Source: Candidatus Binatia bacterium
Lineage (GTDB): Bacteria > Desulfobacterota > Binatia > HRBIN30
DNA: 64,000 nt
NCBI GenBank assembly: GCA_038245295.1
Contig: JBBRSP010000009.1
Span: 32,001-96,000, forward strand
Direction: 5' to 3'
Under the pieces are notes generated by a model. It saw only the letters and a program-made list of their open reading frames with translations. It did not search any database and had not been told where the DNA came from. Every line of letters begins with the position of its first letter. Within the stretch, counting starts at the first letter, position 1. Below are positions 57,212 to 64,000 of this stretch, piece by piece. A program made the position numbers and the translations under genes.

Positions 57212-58573
57212 GTGCGTGATCAGCGACTCGATTTCTGGCGCGGCCTCTGCCTCGTCGACATGATTCTGGTGCACCTCGCCTGGGAGCATGTCGACTTTGG
57301 CCGCTTCGGCACCGATCTGGTGCTCCACTACACACGCTTCGCCGCTGGCGGCTTTGTCTTCATGGCTGGCTTCGGCGTCGGGCATCTCTTCCTGCCCAAA
57401 GCAATCGGCGACTGGCAGGCGCGTCGCACGGTGTACAATCGCCTGTGGCAGCGCGCCGCCGTCCTGCTCATGGTCCATTACATCGCCGCGCTGTCCTTCT
57501 GTGCCATGCAAGTCGAACGTGGTGTTTCGATCGGCACAGCGACTGGCCTGCCGTTGATGTGGCAGATCGTCACCTGGCAACGGATGCCGGAGTACGGTGA
57601 CATCCTGCCCCTGTATGTCGTCCTGCTGGCCGTCGTGCCCCTGGTCAACGAACTGCGCCGCTGGGCCGGCTGGACGAGTGTGGTCCTGCTCAGCGTGGGC
57701 CTCATGGTCCTGGGGCAACAACACCCGGGACTGCTGTCACCGAACGAAGCGGCAAGCTTCCCACCTCTTCTTTGGCAGATCTTCTTCTTCGTCGGCGCCG
57801 CCTGCGGCTGGCTCGAGCCGCGTTATCGCCGGCTGGTCGTAAGCCAGAAGACCATGCTGACGGGGCTCGCAGGGACGGCTTTCGCCTTGCTCTTCGTTGC
57901 CGCCAACGGACCGGCACTTGGCTGGATCCAGGAAGCGCCCTTCGGGCTGGTGTTTCGCAAGGATCCTCTCAGCGGCGGCGAGACAGCCTGGTACTTCGCG
58001 ATCTTCGTTGTCATCCTGATGGGCACCGACCTTGGTTGGACCTGGTTGCGCTCCAGTCAACCCGTGCAAGCGATCGTGCGCCTCGGTCGCCAGAGTCTCT
58101 CCGTCTATATCGCCCACGTCTTTGCGCAGACTGTCGTGCTCGAAATCATCTGGCGCTACCAAGCGGCGCCGGTGCAGCAGATGGCCTTGGTGTTATTGGA
58201 TCTCGTCGCGCTGTGGGCCTTGGCGTGGGTGCAGGACCAGCGCGCTGTCATCGAAACACGCGCGCTGCGTCCGGCATGGAACCATGTGCGTCGCTCGGTC
58301 CAATTTGCCCCGTTCGCGGTGGCCGCGTTCGCCGGCGTTGTCCTGTGGCACGCGCCGCAAACCGGCTCGCTCGGTCCAGCCGATGACGAGATCTCCGTTG
58401 CACAACTGATCGACGCTGAGCCCGCGATCTCGCCGACCGATCCCGAGACCACCCAGATCGAGGTATCCGGAGAACCGGACAACGGCGATCAGGCATCCGA
58501 CAGCTGGCTCGGCAACCCGCCGATGCCACTCGACGTGAGTGATAACGACAGCCCCGATACTCAGTCGCTGTGA
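57212..58573 (+). CDS. OpgC-domain membrane acyltransferase-like protein
   Basis: RDQRLDFWRGLCL, GFVFMAG, DILPLYV, WQIFF, LGRQSL; acidic C-terminal tail. Confidence 0.8.
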   Translation: MRDQRLDFWRGLCLVDMILVHLAWEHVDFGRFGTDLVLHYTRFAAGGFVFMAGFGVGHLFLPKAIGDWQARRTVYNRLWQRAAVLLMVHYIAALSFCAMQVERGVSIGTATGLPLMWQIVTWQRMPEYGDILPLYVVLLAVVPLVNELRRWAGWTSVVLLSVGLMVLGQQHPGLLSPNEAASFPPLLWQIFFFVGAACGWLEPRYRRLVVSQKTMLTGLAGTAFALLFVAANGPALGWIQEAPFGLVFRKDPLSGGETAWYFAIFVVILMGTDLGWTWLRSSQPVQAIVRLGRQSLSVYIAHVFAQTVVLEIIWRYQAAPVQQMALVLLDLVALWALAWVQDQRAVIETRALRPAWNHVRRSVQFAPFAVAAFAGVVLWHAPQTGSLGPADDEISVAQLIDAEPAISPTDPETTQIEVSGEPDNGDQASDSWLGNPPMPLDVSDNDSPDTQSL

Positions 58574-58901
58574 TTCGGCTGCTCGGCGCCCAAGTCGGCT
58601 TGAGTCGGACCATTTGCAACCCCGGGCTCTGGATGGACGCTGAGTTGTTCCTGTGTCGCCGCCAAGGCGGCCCTTAGGGCGCCGAGGTCGGTGTCCTTCG
58701 CCGCCAACTGGTCGCCGAGTTTTCGCAGCTGCGCCTGCGCGCCGTCGAGATGTCTGTGTAACGCCGCCACCTGCACATGCTGCGCGTACCGCGATCGCGC
58801 CTGATTCGCAGGGCCAGGCCGCCGTAGCGATCATACAAGCCGACCAGCGCACGCCCCTCGCCGCAACGCAGCCCGAGCGCCAATTCATCCGTGTCCGACA
58901 C
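58561..58901 (-). pseudogene. Possible collapsed ECF sigma / anti-sigma remnant
   Basis: ALVGLYDRYGGLALRIRRD resembles the start of ECF region 2; shifted frame gives a coiled segment and EPG...GPT resembling RskA-type anti-sigma pieces. Confidence 0.45.
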
Positions 58902-59015
58902 GATCGCCTGTTCCGCTTCTTGCGTCTGCTTCTCCTACGGAATCCCGACGGGGTTAGATGTGTGCGGCCCAATTTGGCCGGCTCCGCCAAGCATGGTCCG
59001 CCTTCCCGCTGGACC

Positions 59016-59122
59016 CAATGGAAAACCGACGACCCAGAACCGACGACTGACAACAGATCCATCGGTCACCGATCCTATTGCGCATTGTCGGCTGTCGGCT
59101 CTGGGTCGTCGGTTTTCCATTG
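59016..59122. repeat. 38-bp inverted repeat with 7-nt periodicity
   Basis: CAATGGAAAACCGACGACCCAGAACCGACGACTGACAA pairs with 59085-59122 at 34/38 positions. Confidence 0.9.
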
Positions 59123-59158
59123 CTCCCAGTGCCGCGGTGTCCTACCTGCAGTCCACCC

Positions 59159-61030
59159 ATGCGCGACAAGCTCCACACCTACCTGGGCGAACACCCGGAG
59201 GGCGCCGGCCCGCAAGAGCTGCTCGATTTGATTTTCGCGCCAGGCAGCCGCGATGCGGAGTTCGCTACACGATTTGTCCATACCCTGCTGGCCGAGGATC
59301 CGCGCTTCACCTGGTCGGAGAGCGACGGCCGTTGGCGCAGCACACGGCAAAACCAGTCGGCACAACAGATCGACGCCACCGACTTCGTTGTTGTCGATCT
59401 CGAGACGGCGGGCACCGTGGTGCACCCGGGATCGATCATCGAAATTGCCGCTCTGCGAATTCACGGCGGCAAGTCCATCGACCGCTTCCACACCTTGGTA
59501 CAGTCCACCATCCCCGTTGCGCCATTTGTGGCGCGGCTCACCGGCATCGATGCCGCGATGCTGGCCGATGCACCGCCCATCGCCGACGCCTGGCGAGAAT
59601 TCCGCGCCTTCATTGGCGTCGACATCGTACTGGCCCACAATGCCGCCTTCGAGGCGAGCTTCCTGGACGCGACGGCACTCGGCCTCGAAGGCACCAACTT
59701 CAGCAACCCGATCATCTGCACCTTCAAGCTGGCGCGTCAGCTGGTGCCGGAGTCGAGCAAACGCGGCCTCGACGCCCTCGCCGGTATCTTTGGTATTCCC
59801 CTCGTGCACCGCCATCGCGCCTATGGCGACGTGGCCATCACGGCGGAGATCTTCTTCCACCTGCGCGAGCGGCTGCGCGAGCGCGGCGTCGATCAACTGG
59901 CCGAGCTCGTCGCCCTGCAGAATCAGGCCAGTGACGGACTTCCATTTGAATGTCCCTTGCCGCGCTCCAAAGTGGATTGCCTACCGGCCGAGCCTGGAAT
60001 CTACCGCTTTTTCGATGAGACCGGCCGACTACTCTACGTCGGCAAGGCCAAGAGTCTACGCCAACGGGTCAGTAGTTACATGAGCAACTCCGGTGATCAC
60101 TCCGGCAAGACACTTGAGCTGATTCGCCGCGTCCATGATCTGCGTATCGAAGCCACCGGCAGCGAGCTCGAGGCCGCACTGGCCGAGGCAAGCGCCATCC
60201 GGCGCGAGCGGCCGCCGTACAATCGTCTGGGTAAACATCTGCCGCGCATCGCCTTCTTGAAGCTCACCAGCAACGATCCGTTTCCGCGCCTGATGATTAC
60301 GCGTCGCCTCGGAAGCGGCCGCGCGCCGTGCCTGGGGCCGCTACGCTCGCGCCCGGAGGCGGTGCGCCTGCTTGCCTTGATGGCGCGAGTCTTCCGACTG
60401 CGCACGTGTATCGGCCGCTTGCATCCCGACCCGGCGTTTACGCCGTGCCTGCAAGCCGACATCGAGGCGTGTACGGCACCGTGCGCCGCACGTGTCGACG
60501 AGGCTGCCTATGCGCAGCAGGTCGAGGAGTTTCTGACAGCGATCGGCCCTGGCCCCAGCAACCTGCGACGAGAGTTGTCGCGACGCCATCAGCAGGCCGA
60601 GGCGGAGAACGATTTCGAGCGCGCCGCAAGTGTGGCCAGCGACATCGAGTTCGTCGAGCGCATCCTACGGCGCCAGCGCAAACTCGGCTGGATCGGCGCC
60701 GGACAGAGCTTCCTCATGCTGCATCCGTTGCACGATGGCGGTGTGATCGCCGCCTATGCCGTGGTCTTCGGACGCCTGGTGGTGCAACGACGCATCGTCG
60801 ACGAATCGGAGATGGACGCTTTCGCCGAAGCCCTGTTGCCGTGTTTTCTGACGCCGCGCGCCGCGCTGCCGGAAGATGTAGACGGCGCGGTGATCCTGAC
60901 CGCGTGGCTGCGTGATCGCGGCGAGCGCGATGGCGCCGTGTTGGCCCTCGTTACGCCAGGCGAGACGGGCTGGGAGACGGCGCAGGTTGAGCAGTGGCGC
61001 AGCACCGTCGGCGCTCTGCTGGTCCGATGA
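59159..61030 (+). CDS. DEDDh 3'-5' exonuclease (DnaQ-like) fused to a UvrC-like GIY-YIG nuclease
   Basis: VVDLETAG, AHNAAFE, HRAYGD; PGIYRF...LYVGKAKSLRQRVSSY; four-Cys region; UVR-like DFERAA. Confidence 0.9.
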   Translation: MRDKLHTYLGEHPEGAGPQELLDLIFAPGSRDAEFATRFVHTLLAEDPRFTWSESDGRWRSTRQNQSAQQIDATDFVVVDLETAGTVVHPGSIIEIAALRIHGGKSIDRFHTLVQSTIPVAPFVARLTGIDAAMLADAPPIADAWREFRAFIGVDIVLAHNAAFEASFLDATALGLEGTNFSNPIICTFKLARQLVPESSKRGLDALAGIFGIPLVHRHRAYGDVAITAEIFFHLRERLRERGVDQLAELVALQNQASDGLPFECPLPRSKVDCLPAEPGIYRFFDETGRLLYVGKAKSLRQRVSSYMSNSGDHSGKTLELIRRVHDLRIEATGSELEAALAEASAIRRERPPYNRLGKHLPRIAFLKLTSNDPFPRLMITRRLGSGRAPCLGPLRSRPEAVRLLALMARVFRLRTCIGRLHPDPAFTPCLQADIEACTAPCAARVDEAAYAQQVEEFLTAIGPGPSNLRRELSRRHQQAEAENDFERAASVASDIEFVERILRRQRKLGWIGAGQSFLMLHPLHDGGVIAAYAVVFGRLVVQRRIVDESEMDAFAEALLPCFLTPRAALPEDVDGAVILTAWLRDRGERDGAVLALVTPGETGWETAQVEQWRSTVGALLVR

Positions 61031-61055
61031 CGCCTCAATTCGAGAAGGTGGCCCG

Positions 61056-61078
61056 GTAGGCGCAGGCTTCAGCCTGCG
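61056..61078. repeat. GTAG-type REP
   Basis: GTAGGCGCAGGCTTCAGCCTGCG. Confidence 0.8.
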
Positions 61079-61110
61079 GAGTGCGCCGAACGCGAAGCCC
61101 ACCCCCTGTA

Positions 61111-61143
61111 CAAAAAAAGGGGCGGCCGTGAGGCCGCCCCTTT
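61111..61143 (-). terminator. Intrinsic terminator (possibly bidirectional)
   Basis: AAAAAAAGGGGCGGCC-GTGA-GGCCGCCCCTTT; 7-U tail on the minus strand after the FG-GAP gene. Confidence 0.88.
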
Positions 61144-61167
61144 GTGTTTCAAGGAACGAGGGATCGC

Positions 61168-63861
61168 TCAGTCGCGCTGCTCGGCGCGGCGGCGGAAGAA
61201 CAGAGCCATCGGCAGCAGGAACAGAGCCAGGGCTCCGTTCTGGTACGAACCGGTCTCATCGATGGCGCAGCTACCGCCGGAACGGTTGACCGTTAGATCG
61301 ATGATCGGTGTCTGCGTCGGCACCGACGTCGCAACAAACGTCGGCGTCGGGGTGAACTCGAGGCTGCACCTCGGCGGGTTGCCGAGACACAGTAGGCCCG
61401 CTTCGCAATCAGAGTTCTTGTTACAGTCTTGTCCTGCGGGAAGCGGTGGTGAACAGATACCGGCTCGGTTCGCGATGTCGCACCGTTCACCTTCCGGACA
61501 GGACTCATCGCTGCAGCAGGTAAAGTCGACGCAGAAGAGGCCGTCGGCGCAATTGGCTGGGGTCGTGCAACGACCGCCGAGATCCATCCTCGGAGTGGGA
61601 GTCGGCCCACGCTTGACGCAGGTACCCGGATTCGTCGCGGAGCGGCAGGTGAAGTCAGGTGGACATACCATATCCGTACAGCACACGCGCTCTTCCGTGT
61701 TGCAAACATGCTCCGCAGAACACTGGCCGCCGACGTTCGGGTTACAGGGATCGCCCGGCGGGATCGGAGTATTGGTCGGCGTCGGCGTCATGGTCGGCGG
61801 GAAGTCGCAGATTCCCGGCGGACGGCAGTAATTGGTGGTGCAATTGCTGTTGTTGGTGCACTGCCGTCCATTGTCGAGCCTATCGTGGCAAACTCCTGCA
61901 GAGCCAGGAATGCTGCACGACTGGTTCGCCGGACATGAAGGGACTTCGCAGCAGGCGCCATCAACACAGTTTCCGGAGGTACAGTTACTACTCGTCTGAC
62001 AAGCTGAGCCGTTCGGCGCCGGGGTCGGCGTACGCGTCGGCGTAGCGGTTGGCCGCGGCGTCGACGGCTGCGGGCGACATAGTCCGGGAACAATGGCGCA
62101 GCTCTCGCCGGCGGCACAATCCCGCTCGCAGCAGAACTCGTCAATACAGAGGCCCGACTGACACTGCGTCGGCGTGGTGCAGGCGTCGCCATTGGGCAAC
62201 TTGGTCATGCAGACACCTTCGAAGCCAGGCACGGAGCACGATTGACCCGCAGGGCAGCGGCTATCAGCGCAGCAGAAGCCGTCGACGCAGAACGTGCTCG
62301 AGCACTGTTCGTCGGCGTTGCAGTGGTTGCCGTTGCCGGCGGGCGGACCACATTGACCGGTGTTGCAGAATTGACCGGCCGGGCAGACGCGGCTGCCGCA
62401 GCAGAAGCCGTCGACGCAGTTGCCGCTTTGGCACTGATGCAGGTCGGTACAAGCCTCGCCGTTCGGCACCGGGTTCATACAAATGCCGGGGCTGCTCGGG
62501 ATGTCGCAACGCTGACCGCTCGGGCAAGTGGCGCTACCGCAGCAGGTGCCATCGACGCAGAAGTTCGATTTACATTGTCGTCCGACATTGCAGTCGCCGC
62601 CGTTGTCGAGGAGCGGTGGGCGCAGGGCCTGAACGATTTGGACAGATCGCGAGCCTTGCAAAGCAACCGCGATGTCATCGACGCCGTCGCCGTTGAAATC
62701 GCCGGTGGCGATGCCCTGAGGATTGTAACCGATGGTGGCGTCGGTCGCGTAGGTGAAGTTGCCGTCGCCACTACCGGCGTACGCTTGGAGGAGACCCGAG
62801 GTCTGAACCGAGCTGCCATCGCCCGGCAGGGTGTAGAAGGAGACGACGAAGTCGGCGAATGTATCGATGTCAAAATCGGCTGCCGCAATCGAGTGCGGGA
62901 AACAAGAGATTGGGATACCGGCCAACGTCAGCGGGCAGCTGATACGAATCGGTGTCAGGGTATCGAAGAAGCCGCTGCCGACGGTCTTGCCGTCGCGCGT
63001 CGTCGGGCGGTTGAGGAGGATGGTGACCGAGTACTCATTCTTGATCGCGGTCTGGCCGGCATTCAAGACAGCCAAGTCGGGTGTGCCGTCGTTGTTGAAG
63101 TCGGCGCTAGTCACATCGCGGGCGCCCGCACCGACGACGAAGTTGTCAGGCGGCTGCGAGAACGAACCCGTTCCATTGTTGAGCAGGATCGAGACGTCGT
63201 CGGCCGGCGAGGTGCGAGTGTTGACTGTGACGATATCGTCGAAGCCGTCGCCATTCAGGTCCAGGGCGATGCCACGCTTTGGAACGCGGCCAACGTCAAA
63301 CTGGCCGACGGAATTGAAGCCGCGGTTACCGCCAAGGTTCTCGAGAACGGTAACCTTGTTGATCAGCTGGTTGACCGTCATTAGGTCAGGCCCGGCGCTG
63401 TTACGCTTCAGGAAGTCGCCGATCGCGACATCTACCGGACGTGCACCTACTTTTTGGCTCTGTGTTTGCCCGAAGGTGCCGGCGCACTTGCCGCCGCTGG
63501 TCTTGTCGCCAAACGTGTAGAACACGCGGGCATCAAGATAGTCCGACGTGGCAATGTCGGGACAGCCGTCACTGTTCAGATCACCCGCCGCGACACCGCG
63601 CAGAACTCGCCCGGTATCAATGTTGATGACGGTTCGGAAGGTGAAGCCGTCGCCGCCATACAGAACGGTTACGCGATTGGTTACCTGGTTCGTAACCACC
63701 ACGTCTTCATGCTGATCCTGGTCGAAGTCAGCAACCGCAATGTACTTGGGCGATTGGGTAACTATGTATTGCGTTCCAGGCACGAGGTTGATCCCGGCTC
63801 TTGCCGTGCCGTAAAGCAGCATCGACGCCGCCGCAAAGACCACTGGAAACACTCGTCTCAT
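61168..63861 (-). CDS. Secreted FG-GAP/VCBS beta-propeller + Cys-rich repeats + Pro/Thr linkers + C-terminal sorting-like anchor
   Basis: Signal peptide; repeated DF/LNxDGxxD; CVDGxCC repeats; TPTPT linkers; GGSCAI...LALFLLPMALFFRRR; GAAGGAGAG RBS. Confidence 0.9.
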   Translation of the reverse strand: MRRVFPVVFAAASMLLYGTARAGINLVPGTQYIVTQSPKYIAVADFDQDQHEDVVVTNQVTNRVTVLYGGDGFTFRTVINIDTGRVLRGVAAGDLNSDGCPDIATSDYLDARVFYTFGDKTSGGKCAGTFGQTQSQKVGARPVDVAIGDFLKRNSAGPDLMTVNQLINKVTVLENLGGNRGFNSVGQFDVGRVPKRGIALDLNGDGFDDIVTVNTRTSPADDVSILLNNGTGSFSQPPDNFVVGAGARDVTSADFNNDGTPDLAVLNAGQTAIKNEYSVTILLNRPTTRDGKTVGSGFFDTLTPIRISCPLTLAGIPISCFPHSIAAADFDIDTFADFVVSFYTLPGDGSSVQTSGLLQAYAGSGDGNFTYATDATIGYNPQGIATGDFNGDGVDDIAVALQGSRSVQIVQALRPPLLDNGGDCNVGRQCKSNFCVDGTCCGSATCPSGQRCDIPSSPGICMNPVPNGEACTDLHQCQSGNCVDGFCCGSRVCPAGQFCNTGQCGPPAGNGNHCNADEQCSSTFCVDGFCCADSRCPAGQSCSVPGFEGVCMTKLPNGDACTTPTQCQSGLCIDEFCCERDCAAGESCAIVPGLCRPQPSTPRPTATPTRTPTPAPNGSACQTSSNCTSGNCVDGACCEVPSCPANQSCSIPGSAGVCHDRLDNGRQCTNNSNCTTNYCRPPGICDFPPTMTPTPTNTPIPPGDPCNPNVGGQCSAEHVCNTEERVCCTDMVCPPDFTCRSATNPGTCVKRGPTPTPRMDLGGRCTTPANCADGLFCVDFTCCSDESCPEGERCDIANRAGICSPPLPAGQDCNKNSDCEAGLLCLGNPPRCSLEFTPTPTFVATSVPTQTPIIDLTVNRSGGSCAIDETGSYQNGALALFLLPMALFFRRRAEQRD

Positions 63862-64000
63862 CTGGCTCTCCTTCGGATCCTTAATTCCTGCCCGGTGCGA
63901 CACTGGCCCCTCCGGACAGAACCGCGGCGGTAATCTCTACCGGACCGCCTTTGTTTGTCAAACGAATTCCAGACTCTCTAGCCAGAAAGTCCGGCCTCGT

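Noticed and set aside
63930..63961. Sigma70 promoter for the FG-GAP gene
   Set aside because: A perfect TTGACA is present on the minus strand, but no convincing -10 at 16-18 nt spacing

Overview
This is a GC-rich bacterial chromosomal window. It is probably from a Deltaproteobacteria-like lineage such as Candidatus Binatia, inferred from the ffh-rpsP-KH-rimM-trmD-SPOUT-rplS gene order and a small protein family I associate with that group. Bases 1 to ~12.4 kb form a mosaic accessory region. It holds a TerC gene with a voltage-gated-type cation channel, and an unassigned glycyl radical enzyme (GRE, GCAE motif) with its activase. The GRE has a divergent TetR gene, two matching operators and a Coq4-like gene, lies upstream of acetoacetate-decarboxylase-like and acyl-CoA dehydrogenase genes, and is bracketed by a 99-bp direct repeat. 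The rest is mostly core or lipid metabolism: murE, an acyl-CoA ligase, tRNA-Ala, a P450, a sulfatase, an M1 aminopeptidase, a ribosomal/SRP operon, pabBC-like genes and smpB. Unusual envelope proteins include an exported PheC-chorismate mutase fusion, a 2082-aa GAF/coiled-coil/pseudo-receiver protein behind a sigma54-type promoter, a degenerate M1-peptidase/Omp85-barrel fusion, a LolA-like/DUF1302-like pair and an FG-GAP/Cys-repeat surface protein. Intergenic spaces carry several distinct palindromic repeat families, and at least four genes appear collapsed by internal deletion. The best candidate for an undescribed system is the TetR-controlled GRE locus. All calls come from reading motifs by eye; no database searches were run.
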